A stretch of 64,000 bases of DNA, from contig CAVWFS010000019.1 in assembly GCA_963754315.1 (NCBI GenBank), forward strand, positions 448,001-512,000. The letters are read 5' to 3'. The translations under genes and the position numbers were made by a program. Below the pieces are notes generated by a model. The model was not told the origin of the DNA, searched no databases, and saw only the letters and a list, made by a program, of their open reading frames with translations. How positions within the stretch are numbered: position 1 is the stretch's first letter; each line of letters begins with the position of its first letter. The DNA is from an uncultured Candidatus Rokubacteria bacterium (lineage in GTDB: Bacteria > Methylomirabilota > Methylomirabilia > Rokubacteriales > CSP1-6). This document shows, in pieces, positions 41,162 through 49,757 of the stretch.

Positions 41162-41632
41162 ATGATCCGTTGCACGTTCGAATCCGGCACGGCTGCCGCC
41201 CTGCGCCACGTGGTCCTGCACGCCGTGGTCGAGAAGGACGGGGCCCTTCTCCTCGTGCGGCGCGCGGAGCGGCTCACGGAAGGCGGAAAATGGGGGCTGC
41301 CCGGGGGATTCCTGGAACGGGACGAGACCCTCGCTCAAGGCACCTTGCGCGAGCTCCGGGAGGAGACCGGCTGGGAGGGTGAGATCGTGGCGCTCCTCCG
41401 AATCAATTCGCGCCCCAACCGACGTCACGAGGACCGACAGAACGTGGCCTTCGACTTCCTGGTCACGCCGATCCGCGAAGTGGGAGAGCCAGACGACGAG
41501 TCCTCGGCGATCGCCTGGGTCCCCATCGGCGATCTGCCTCCGCTCGATACGCTCGCCTTCGACCACGGCGATAGCGTGGCCTGGTATCTACAGCATCGGC
41601 ACGTCGGCTTTCCGCCGCCCGTCGTTCTCTGA
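41162..41632 (+). CDS. NUDIX hydrolase
   Basis: Nudix box LPGGFLERDET..GTLRELREETG. Confidence 0.9.
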   Translation: MIRCTFESGTAAALRHVVLHAVVEKDGALLLVRRAERLTEGGKWGLPGGFLERDETLAQGTLRELREETGWEGEIVALLRINSRPNRRHEDRQNVAFDFLVTPIREVGEPDDESSAIAWVPIGDLPPLDTLAFDHGDSVAWYLQHRHVGFPPPVVL

Positions 41633-41992
41633 CTACTCGTTCACCCGGGAGCGCGCCCGCGCGGCAAGAATTCGCAAACCATCTTGCGCAGCTTTGGCCA
41701 CCTCGGGATCAGGATCGTTGGCGAAGCGGCGCAAGGCCGGTTCCAGGCGGACGGCGCCGATATCACCGGCCATGACCAGGACCATCGGCAGATGCTGGCC
41801 GTGCTGAATGGCTTCCTCGATGAGAGGCTCCGCGCGTTTCCCGGATTGCACCAGCATCATGCCGGCAACGGTCCGAACACCTTCGTCAGCTGAGCCCAAC
41901 GCCTCCAGGAGTGCCCGCCCGGCCGGCCGCAGCCCGGTGGTGTTCCACACCGACTTCAGGGCATAGAGCCGTGCCACCTGCAGCGGACCCAT
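41633..41992 (-). CDS. Small HEAT-repeat protein
   Basis: ALLEALGSADEGVRTVAG and ALRRFANDPDPEVAKAA are HEAT-like repeats. Confidence 0.65.
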   Translation of the reverse strand: MGPLQVARLYALKSVWNTTGLRPAGRALLEALGSADEGVRTVAGMMLVQSGKRAEPLIEEAIQHGQHLPMVLVMAGDIGAVRLEPALRRFANDPDPEVAKAAQDGLRILAARARSRVNE

Positions 41993-42032
41993 AGCGCATT
42001 CTAGACCCGGGCCGGCCGCCGGAAGTCGTCGC

Positions 42033-43298
42033 TCACAAGAGATCGGCTACGTGATGATCCTCCCAGGTCTCGGGCTCGTGCGTTGCGGAATGGTCGAACC
42101 ACACCGGGAGCACGTGTTCCTCGATCCCAGGATCCGAGAACTGTTGACCGCCCCCGTCGACCAGAATCACCAGGTCCATGTGCACGCGTATGGAAACGAT
42201 CCTGGTCACGCGTGAAAACTCGGGGGTGTACTTCGGCCAGTGAACGGGACAGCTGAGCAAGACGAGTCGCGCCACCCGAGTGCCGGCATGGGTGGCAAGC
42301 ATCGCGACGTTGCCACCGTGACTGTGGGCGAAGAGATCGAGGCCATCGAGGCTGTGCCCCTGCACCCAGTCATGCAGGTCCTCTCCCGCCAGCGCCCGCG
42401 CGACGTCGGAGTAGCCGCCCGACCACTCGAACCGGTCGGCGGCCGCGTACAGCTGAGGGTCCACGTTGTCATGCAGGTACTTCCAGAAGTCGCCGGTGGG
42501 CGGTTGCCACCACGCTGACGTTCGCGCCCACGTGCCGTGCACGATCGTGCTGGTGCGCGTGGGTCGGCGTCGGGAAGGCCGGCGTCTGGCGACGAGCAGT
42601 GGTGCCAGGCTCGCGTTGCGGGGATCGACGCGCGCCAAGGCATGGGCGGCCACGTCCCGGACGAGGGGGTCACGGCTTCGTACGCCGCGCTCGAGGATGC
42701 GAATGGCTCGGGTGGGAGCGACGGTCACCTCCATGTAGGATGCCGCCGCCGCCACCCGGACCAGCTCGTGGGGATGCCGAAGGCTCACTTCCAGCAAGGC
42801 GGCCGCGTTCTCGGGGTTGGCATCTCGGTAGAACACCTCGGCGACGCGGCGCAGTCGGCGCGAGGCGGCGCGAACATCAGCCGGCGCTGGCGCCCCTGTC
42901 GAACGCGCCGTGAACCTGACACCGGCGGCCCTTTCCAGCGCCCCGGGCGCGAACCGCGCAGTACCCGCCGCCATCGGCGGAAAGCCAAGGGCGGCCAGGT
43001 CGTCAGCCGGGATCGCCTCGACGATTGTGACTGGCGACGGCCCCCTGGCTCCGGCCGCGCGGGCCCGTGCTTCCGTCGCGGCAAGATCTCCCCGTAAGTG
43101 GGAGCCAATCAGGAGCAAAGTAGCCGCCTGGGACTGCACGTGGGTCGGGTCTTGTAGATTCGTGAATGCCTGGGGTCCGGCGATCGGCCGTTCGGGCGGC
43201 CGGCGACCCGATCCCTTGGCGCGAGACGCCCGTGGACGAGACGGCGTGTTTCGCTGCTGGTGCCTCGCGCGCTTGGTCGGCCGTCTCCCTTTCGCCAT
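42033..43298 (-). CDS. HEAT-repeat + alpha/beta-hydrolase (lipase-like) protein with a basic N-terminal tail
   Basis: Arg/Lys-rich N-terminus, HEAT repeats (LRHPHELVRVAAA, VRSRDPLVRDVAA), IVHGTW, nucleophile elbow AHSHGG and C-terminal DHSATH. Confidence 0.75.
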   Translation of the reverse strand: MAKGRRPTKRARHQQRNTPSRPRASRAKGSGRRPPERPIAGPQAFTNLQDPTHVQSQAATLLLIGSHLRGDLAATEARARAAGARGPSPVTIVEAIPADDLAALGFPPMAAGTARFAPGALERAAGVRFTARSTGAPAPADVRAASRRLRRVAEVFYRDANPENAAALLEVSLRHPHELVRVAAAASYMEVTVAPTRAIRILERGVRSRDPLVRDVAAHALARVDPRNASLAPLLVARRRPSRRRPTRTSTIVHGTWARTSAWWQPPTGDFWKYLHDNVDPQLYAAADRFEWSGGYSDVARALAGEDLHDWVQGHSLDGLDLFAHSHGGNVAMLATHAGTRVARLVLLSCPVHWPKYTPEFSRVTRIVSIRVHMDLVILVDGGGQQFSDPGIEEHVLPVWFDHSATHEPETWEDHHVADLL

Positions 43299-43384
43299 GG
43301 CTGTTCCCCTGGAGCGCGAGGAGCGCGCCGAGCGCGGCGTTGACTACCGGCTCGGATAGTAACTCATGGTGGGTGGGCGTTGCG

Positions 43385-43915
43385 CTACGCGATTCCCGCG
43401 ATATCGCGGGCGTGGCCAAGCACGTGCGCCACCGCCACCCGGTAGAAGACGGCGGCCAAGGTCCCGGTGACTCCTCCCGCCGAACGGATACGTACGTCGA
43501 AGAGCGGCTCGGCGGCAGCATCGACGGCCTTGATGGTGGCCGCGCGGTTGCGCTCGAATTCGAGCAGCAATTCGGCCACCGATAGATGGTCCCGCTTCGC
43601 CACCTGGCGGGCGTTATACGTCTCGTTGCCGCCGCGCATGGCGCGCGTGGGCAGCTCACCGGCGCCGGTGTCTCCGGATGCAGTGAGCGATGCCGCCCCC
43701 GCTTCGCTCGCAATCTCGATCAATTTCGGGTACGTCCATTCGATCGACGCCACATGGGCAAGGATCTGACGGCCGTTCCAGCCGGCCTCGTAGCGCCCCT
43801 CCTCCAGCCGCTCAGGCGGCAGCGCGCGCACGATCGCCAGCACCTCGTCTCGGCTGGCCCGGAGTGCCGCCAGCAGTTCGTCCTTGGATGGCCCTCGCTC
43901 TTCGCTCACGCGCAT
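43385..43915 (-). CDS. DinB/maleylpyruvate-isomerase N-terminal-like protein
   Basis: W..RQILAHV and H...H..DI motifs; RBS GGAGGAG. Confidence 0.8.
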   Translation of the reverse strand: MRVSEERGPSKDELLAALRASRDEVLAIVRALPPERLEEGRYEAGWNGRQILAHVASIEWTYPKLIEIASEAGAASLTASGDTGAGELPTRAMRGGNETYNARQVAKRDHLSVAELLLEFERNRAATIKAVDAAAEPLFDVRIRSAGGVTGTLAAVFYRVAVAHVLGHARDIAGIA

Positions 43916-43959
43916 CTCCTCCGCTCTCGGCGACTGGGATCAGTGTTCTGGTCGCTGGT

Positions 43960-43989
43960 GGATGCCACTATGATACCATGGTAGCATCC
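43960..43989 (+). promoter_or_regulatory. Putative TA promoter/operator
   Basis: Imperfect IR GGATGCCACTAT/ATGGTAGCATCC (10/12) enclosing a TATGAT -10 box, and a perfect palindrome TACCATGGTA (43974-43983), upstream of the antitoxin. Confidence 0.55.
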
Positions 43990-44012
43990 GGCGCCGGAGG
44001 AAGAGGGAGGGC

Positions 44013-44315
44013 ATGGCGGATCGGGTGGCCACCAATGTGCGTCTCGAGCGTGCCCAGCTGCACGCCCTGAAGCAGCTGGCCCTCGATCGCGGCCTCAGCC
44101 TGGCCGGTCTGTTCGCGGAAATGATCGACGATTGTCTCGCGCGATCCCGGGCGCTAACCGGGAAGGCGTGGAAGTCCGATCCCTTCTTCCAGCTAGGGCA
44201 CCCCCCGGCGCGCTCGGGTCTGTCCCGGGTCGCCGAAGACCACGACCGATACCTCTATCCGCGGCGGGCCTCGAGGAAACCACAACGCGCGAGTGGTCAG
44301 CAAGCTCTTCGTTGA
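44013..44315 (+). CDS. Antitoxin (RHH-like, VapB type)
   Basis: TNVRLE..QL.ALKQLA..RG.S and C-terminal AEDHDRYLY; precedes a PIN gene. Confidence 0.78.
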   Translation: MADRVATNVRLERAQLHALKQLALDRGLSLAGLFAEMIDDCLARSRALTGKAWKSDPFFQLGHPPARSGLSRVAEDHDRYLYPRRASRKPQRASGQQALR

Positions 44316-44715
44316 CACCTCGGCGTTCTACGCGCTCGAGGACGCCTCCGATCACCATCACGAGGAAGCCCGGGCCATCCAGGCATGGTGCCTGGTGTCC
44401 CGCCCCCGTCTGTTCACGACGCACGACGTGCTGGACGAGTCCGTCACGCTCCTGGGCGCGCGCCTGGGGCCGGGCATCGCCGCCCGCTTTGCCCGACGAC
44501 TTCTGACCAGCCGGGTGATCCAGCTGGTCCGCGCCGACGAGACTCTGGATCAGGCGGCCGTGAACCTCTACGAGCGCCTCGGTGACTCCCGCCTAAGCTT
44601 CACCGACTGTGTAAGCTTCGCCGTGATGCACGGACTCGACATCTCGCTTGCCTTTGCTTTTGACCGGCACTTTGAGCGCGCCGGCTTTCGTCGGCTGCGT
44701 CAGCGCGATCTCTGA
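44293..44715 (+). CDS. PIN-domain VapC toxin
   Basis: LFVDTSAF, LDE, SFTDCVSF and FAFDRHF. Confidence 0.9.
   Translation: MVSKLFVDTSAFYALEDASDHHHEEARAIQAWCLVSRPRLFTTHDVLDESVTLLGARLGPGIAARFARRLLTSRVIQLVRADETLDQAAVNLYERLGDSRLSFTDCVSFAVMHGLDISLAFAFDRHFERAGFRRLRQRDL
44550..44685 (+). repeat. Copy 1 of a ~135-bp diverged direct repeat (3' part of vapC); copy 2 at 49285-49416
   Basis: Shared blocks such as AGCTTCACCGACTG, ATGCACGGACTCGACATC and TTTGCTTTTGACCGGCACTTTGAGC. Confidence 0.9.
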
Positions 44716-44775
44716 GAGATGGGGAACGCCCGACGCCGGCGCCTTGCGTCCCCCTCTCCGCGCTCGAGCGACTGG

Positions 44776-44988
44776 TCAAGGCGGCGGAAGCTTCCGTTCG
44801 AGCTCCTCGAGGAGCACCCGCTTTTCCTCCTCGGTCAGGTTCGGGTCGCTGCGCACCATACGCATCTTGCTCTCGATGAAGGCGCGCTCGGCCTTCTCGT
44901 CGCGCCCCGATTCGCGCGTCAGGCGCTCGAACTCGGCCCGGCGATCGGCGATGGGACCGTCGCGCGGTGGCGGAGGTTTCTTGGCCAT
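44776..44988 (-). CDS. Small helical protein homologous to the N-terminal module of the upstream gene product
   Basis: RBS GGAGGAG. IADRRAEFERLTR..RAFIESK...RSDP aligns without gaps to IADRRGEFSKLTR..RAFVASK...RSHP of the neighbour. Confidence 0.75.
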   Translation of the reverse strand: MAKKPPPPRDGPIADRRAEFERLTRESGRDEKAERAFIESKMRMVRSDPNLTEEEKRVLLEELERKLPPP

Positions 44989-45013
44989 CGTGAGCTCCTC
45001 CGCTATGAGTCCT

Positions 45014-46056
45014 CTAGCTTTTCACCACGAACGAGTAGTTCGCATCGAGGAACAGCGGCGAGAAGCCCTGACCGTCGTTGCGGATCGTGCTCTGGCTGGC
45101 GGTGAGCACCGCCCAGTTCCCCCACTGGCCGGCCGCGTTGCGTGGGATCAACATGGTGTTGACGAAACCGATCCACCGCAGATTCGCGTAGTTGCTCTGG
45201 AATGTCTCGACGATCGGTCCCCAGCTGCCCACAAAGCCGCTCGTCTGCTCGGCGGTCGTCGAATCGTAATCGTGGCGATACGTGAGATCCCAGCGGTTGG
45301 CCGCGCGGTTGTGGAGCAGGACCTCGTTACGCCATCGGTTCGAGCCGATCTCGATGGTGCTGTTCCACACGAGCAGGGCCTGCAGCCCCCAGCCGTGCGA
45401 GACGATGCCGCGCAGGTAGTCGCCGAGACTCGCAAACGAAATGTTCGTCTGCCAGTTGTCGGACCGAGCCCAGTCGAACACCTTGAAGCGCGTGTCGTTC
45501 TGACCGTTGTAGGAGACGAAGGCCTCCACACCCCTCTGAGACCGATTGGTGGCGGTCAGATAGAGCCAGGTCGTCACGTTGCCGGCGGGCTGATGCGGAC
45601 AGACGATCTCGTAGTAGAACGAGGTGCCGCGGGCGAACGCGGTGCGGAACGCGTTGGTGTAGAACATGCCGTAGCCGACGCCGCCAGGGACCGGCCCCGT
45701 CTCCTTGTCGAGCGCCTCACGGCTTCGCGGACCAAACGCCCGCGCCAGGGTCGCTTCCGCCTCCTCGCGTTCGGCCTGGCTGATCTCCGGATGTGAGCGC
45801 AGCAGGGCCAGCTTCGAGGCGACGAAGGCACGAACGTCCCCCGGCTCGGTCCGCGCCGCTCGCGTGAGCTTGCTGAACTCACCGCGGCGGTCCGCAATCC
45901 TGCCCTCCATCGGTAGGGGCGGCATGGCCGGGTGTTCCGGTGCCGCCTTCGGCATGACCTTTTTCGTCAGCTTCGGCTTCACCTTCCCGTCGGCTTCCTC
46001 GCGGCTGGTCTCCGCGTCGCCGGCTTCCTCGCCGCTGGCTTTCGCGCTTTCGCCAT
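45014..46056 (-). CDS. Uncharacterised protein: basic tail + helical pro-like module + aromatic-rich beta domain (one apparent frameshift near 45985)
   Basis: Strong RBS GGAGGAG before ATG 46056 (MAKARKPAARKPATRRPAARKPT). One extra G in a G-run joins it to the 45014-45982 ORF. Confidence 0.75.
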
Positions 46057-46448
46057 AAGTCTCCTCCTAGTAGCTGGAGCCTCCATTTCGGCTGAAGGCC
46101 CGTCCGGGGAAAACGGTCATGGCCGGGTGCCCTCTATCCCGGCGCGATGGTCCGCAGAGGCTCGACAGATTCGGTGAAGGTGCTCACTGATTCACCGAGC
46201 ATGGCAGGCTGATCGTAACCCCCCGCAAATCCCCCGCAACCCAAAAAGGGCTCTCGCCCGGCGATTGACGGGTGCGTGGAAGCCAGGACCGCCGTGGGCT
46301 GCTGCGTCGCCATGGCTCGCCGCGATTTGCCGGCCGAGCAGCACGCTCGCCTTGACTTTGCTATCGCGGCAGACCTAGACTCCCGGCAAAAGTTCCCGCA
46401 ACGTCCGTCTCGAGCTCGACCCCGGCAACGAAGCCAGAGGGAGGGCGT

Positions 46449-46919
46449 ATGGCCACACTCCACGTCAACGGCAAATCCCATCAGGTCGACGTCGACCCCG
46501 AGACCCCCCTGCTCTACGTCCTGCGAGACAACCTCGCCCTGCACGGCCCCAAGTTCGGTTGCGGGCTGGCGCAGTGCGGTTCCTGCACTGTCCTCATCGA
46601 CGGCAAGGCCGTGCGCTCCTGTACCTTCCCCGTCGCCAAGCTCGGCGCGGGCAAGGTCGTGACATTAGAGGGCCTGGGCACGCCGCAGAAGCCCCATCCC
46701 GTCCAACAGGCCTTCATCGAAGAGCAAGCAGCGCAATGCGGCTACTGCATCAACGGCATGGTGATGCAGACCGCCGCCTTCCTCAGTGCCCGGCCGGGCA
46801 ACCCGTCCGAGCGCGAGATCCGCCAGGCGCTCCAGAACAACCTCTGCCGCTGCGGGACCCACCAACGCATCATCGCCGCCGTGAAGCGCGCTGCGGCGCT
46901 GATGGGAAAGGGGGCCTGA
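46449..46919 (+). CDS. (2Fe-2S)-binding small subunit of a molybdenum hydroxylase (IorA/CoxS-like)
   Basis: KFGCGLAQCGSC..C and QCGYC..NLCRCG. Confidence 0.93.
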   Translation: MATLHVNGKSHQVDVDPETPLLYVLRDNLALHGPKFGCGLAQCGSCTVLIDGKAVRSCTFPVAKLGAGKVVTLEGLGTPQKPHPVQQAFIEEQAAQCGYCINGMVMQTAAFLSARPGNPSEREIRQALQNNLCRCGTHQRIIAAVKRAAALMGKGA

Positions 46920-46920
46920 C

Positions 46921-49137
46921 ATGGCGACGCTCGAGACGACTCGCCGCGACTTCCTGATCGGCACCGGAGCGCTGGTCGTCACCCTGAGCCTGAAGCCTGA
47001 GGCTCGCGCTCAGGTGGCCGGCAAGGCCAAGCCCGTCGCCCTCGACCAGGTCGACTCCTTTCTCGCCGTCCACAAGGACGGCACCGTCACCATGTACACA
47101 GGCAAGGTGGACATCGGCACCGGCATCCGCATTGCGCTCCCGCAGATGGTGGCGGAGGAACTCGACGTCGCCGTCGACAAAGTGAAGCTCGTCGAAGGCG
47201 ACACCGCGCTGACTCCCGATCAGGGACCGACGTGGGGGAGCCTCTCCGTCCAGATCGCCGGCGTGCAGCTTCGTCAGGCTGCCGCCACCGCGCGCAAGGC
47301 GCTCGTCCAGATGGCCGTACAGAAGTTCGGCATGCCGTCGGCCGACTTCGCGGTGCGGGACGGCGTCATCTTCCTCCGGGCCGAGCCGCAGCGGCGCGTC
47401 TCCTACGCGGAGCTGATCGGCGACCGATCTTTCGAGTTGCCGGTCGACAAGGACGCCCCGCTCAAGAACCCGAAGGACTACACCGTGGTCGGTCAGCCGC
47501 TCCCGCGACCCGACGTCGTTGGAAAGATCACCGGGACCCACACCTACGCGCAGGACTTCCGCCTGCCCGGCATGCTTCATGCCCGCGTGGTGAGGCCGCC
47601 GGCGGTTGGCGCCACCCTCCAGGGCGTGGACGAGTCGTCCGTCAAGAACATCAAGGGCGCGCGGGTCGTTCGCCGGGAGAACTTCCTGGCCGTCGTCGCC
47701 GAGAGCGAGTGGGCCGCCATCAAGGCCGCCCGGGCGCTCAAGGCCTCCTGGTCGGCGTGGGAGGGGCTGCCCGATCAGTCGAAGCTCTGGGAGCACGTGC
47801 GCGCAACCAAGGTCGCCAAGGACGATGTCGCCGTGGATCGTGGCAATCCCAGGGCGGCGATCGACGGCGCTGCCAAGAAGCTCACCGCCACGTACGATTT
47901 CGCCGTCCACACCCACGGTTCGATGGGGCCCGCCTGCGCCGTCGCCGACGTCAAGGGCGGCAAGGCCGAGATCTGGTCTCCCTCGCAGGCGCCGCACTGG
48001 CTGCGCAAGGAAGTCGCGGCGACGTTGCAGATGGATGCGAAGGACGTCCACATTCAGTATCTCGACGGCGCTGGTTGCTACGGCCGCAATGGACACGAGG
48101 ACGCGACGTGCGATGCCGCGCTCATCTCCAAGCTGCTCGGCAAGCCCGTGCGTGTGCAGTGGTCGCGCGAGGATGAGCACGGCTGGGATCCGAAGGGCCC
48201 ACCCACGCTCGTGGAGATCAGGGCGGGGCTAGACGCGACAGGCAACATCGTCGGGTGGGACTCCGAGCTGTGGGTGCCGAAAGCCGATATCACCGAGTGG
48301 CCGCGCACCTTGGCGGCCACCTTGGCGGGCATCCCGCAGCAGCCGGCCATCAACCCCGGCAACATCCACCGGAACCTCGACCCGTCGTACCCGTTCGCCA
48401 ACCAGAAGGCGGTCGCGCATCGGCTCGACTCCACGCCGTTTCGGCCGTCGTGGATCCGCACGCCGGGCCGCATGCAGAACACGTACGCCAACGAGGTGTT
48501 CCTCGACGAGTGCGCGGCGGCGGCGGGGGCCGATCCGGTCGAGTACCGGCTGCGCTACCTGACCGACCCGCGCGGCATCGCCGTGCTGCGCGCGGCGGCC
48601 AGCCTCGCCAAGTGGGACGCGCGGCCCTCGCCGCGGCGCGACTCGTCGGGCCCGATCGCCCGGGGCCGCGGCATCGCCTACGTGAAGTACGAAAATGCCC
48701 GCACCTACGTGGCCGGCGTGGCCGAGGTGGAAGTCAACAGGCAGACGGGGACGATCCGCTGCACGCGTTTCTACGTCGCCCACGATTGCGGGCTCATCAT
48801 CAATCCCGATGGCGTGCGCGCCCAGATCGAAGGCAACATCATCCAGACTGTCTCGCGGACGCTCAAGGAAGAGCTGAAGTGGAACCGGTCGCGGGTGACC
48901 AGCGTGGACTGGGCTAGCTATCCCATCTTGAAATTCCCCGAGGTGCCCGAGATCGTCATGGAACTGATCAACCGGCCCAACGATCCGCCCTGGGGAGTGG
49001 GCGAACCGGCCGCGTGCCTGCCTCCGCCGGCCATCTCCAATGCCGTCTTCGATGCGGTCGGCGTGCGCCTGCGCAGCGTGCCGTTCACGTCAGCGAAGCT
49101 GATGGCGGCCATGAAGGGCACGACCGCCAAGGCATAG
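46921..49137 (+). CDS. Xanthine dehydrogenase family molybdopterin-binding subunit (IorB/nicotinate dehydrogenase B-like)
   Basis: TRRDFL twin-arginine-like leader, GKVDIGTG..QMVAEEL, GCYGRNG, NPDGVRAQIEG and GVGEPA..NAVFDAVGVRLR. Confidence 0.92.
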   Translation: MATLETTRRDFLIGTGALVVTLSLKPEARAQVAGKAKPVALDQVDSFLAVHKDGTVTMYTGKVDIGTGIRIALPQMVAEELDVAVDKVKLVEGDTALTPDQGPTWGSLSVQIAGVQLRQAAATARKALVQMAVQKFGMPSADFAVRDGVIFLRAEPQRRVSYAELIGDRSFELPVDKDAPLKNPKDYTVVGQPLPRPDVVGKITGTHTYAQDFRLPGMLHARVVRPPAVGATLQGVDESSVKNIKGARVVRRENFLAVVAESEWAAIKAARALKASWSAWEGLPDQSKLWEHVRATKVAKDDVAVDRGNPRAAIDGAAKKLTATYDFAVHTHGSMGPACAVADVKGGKAEIWSPSQAPHWLRKEVAATLQMDAKDVHIQYLDGAGCYGRNGHEDATCDAALISKLLGKPVRVQWSREDEHGWDPKGPPTLVEIRAGLDATGNIVGWDSELWVPKADITEWPRTLAATLAGIPQQPAINPGNIHRNLDPSYPFANQKAVAHRLDSTPFRPSWIRTPGRMQNTYANEVFLDECAAAAGADPVEYRLRYLTDPRGIAVLRAAASLAKWDARPSPRRDSSGPIARGRGIAYVKYENARTYVAGVAEVEVNRQTGTIRCTRFYVAHDCGLIINPDGVRAQIEGNIIQTVSRTLKEELKWNRSRVTSVDWASYPILKFPEVPEIVMELINRPNDPPWGVGEPAACLPPPAISNAVFDAVGVRLRSVPFTSAKLMAAMKGTTAKA

Positions 49138-49237
49138 CCTCCGGTCACCACGGGAACCATCAGATCCCCGTGACGTTGACATCGCGGGTCAGGCGGGGCT
49201 CGCCGTGTGCACCCGACGGTGCGTGTAGGGGACCGAC

Positions 49238-49281
49238 AAAATACTCAATACATTGAGTATTTTTACTCAACGACGTGAGCA
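49238..49281. promoter_or_regulatory. AT-rich palindrome/phased heptad array (putative operator)
   Basis: AAAATACTCAAT-AC-ATTGAGTATTTT is a perfect 12-bp IR. TACTCAA half-sites alternate in orientation at 49242, 49253 and 49264, with a 5/7 match at 49275. Confidence 0.6.
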
Positions 49282-49284
49282 TAT

Positions 49285-49416
49285 TCAGGCAGCCCTCAAT
49301 CTCTACGAGCGAATGATTCCCGCCTGAGCTTCACCGACTGCGTGAGCTTCGCCGTCATGCACGGACTCGACATCCCACTTGCTTTTGCTTTTGACCGGCA
49401 CTTTGAGCACGCCGGC
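49285..49416 (+). pseudogene. vapC remnant (copy 2 of the repeat)
   Basis: Diverged copy of 44550-44685 with a 4-bp deletion and no start codon. Confidence 0.8.
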
Positions 49417-49480
49417 AGGGGTTCCCCAATCGGTGAACCAACTCGCCCTGATCGACCCGGTCCCAGCTGGCCCTGTGAAA

Positions 49481-49492
49481 CATGTTAACATG
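49481..49492. promoter_or_regulatory. Putative antitoxin operator
   Basis: Perfect palindrome CATGTTAACATG ending just before the antitoxin ATG at 49497. Confidence 0.6.
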
Positions 49493-49496
49493 AGAC

Positions 49497-49751
49497 ATGA
49501 AGACGATGACCGTGCGCGATATCCGCTTGAAGTGGCCGGAGGCCGAACGAGCGCTGGCGAGGGAGGGGGAGATCATCGTCACCCGGGACGCCAAGCCGGT
49601 GGCGCGCATCCTGCCCTACGAGGCGCCTTCGCGAGCCGCCCGTGTCCGCTTCGACCCTGCCGAGCAGATGCGCTGGCTCACTCGTTTCTGGCGCAATCGC
49701 ACGCCAGGTCCATCGACGGACGAGTTGCTCCGCCGCGACCGGGAGGCGTAG
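49497..49751 (+). CDS. Phd/YefM-like antitoxin
   Basis: MKTMTVRDIR..GEIIVTRDAKPVARILP. Confidence 0.85.
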   Translation: MKTMTVRDIRLKWPEAERALAREGEIIVTRDAKPVARILPYEAPSRAARVRFDPAEQMRWLTRFWRNRTPGPSTDELLRRDREA

Positions 49752-49757
49752 CCGCTC

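Noticed and set aside
46100..46440. Possible Moco riboswitch or ncRNA upstream of the Mo-hydroxylase (hairpin TCGGTGAA/TTCACCGA at 46171-46198)
   Set aside because: Only one 8-bp stem and no recognisable conserved riboswitch motifs; an Rfam/Infernal search would be needed.
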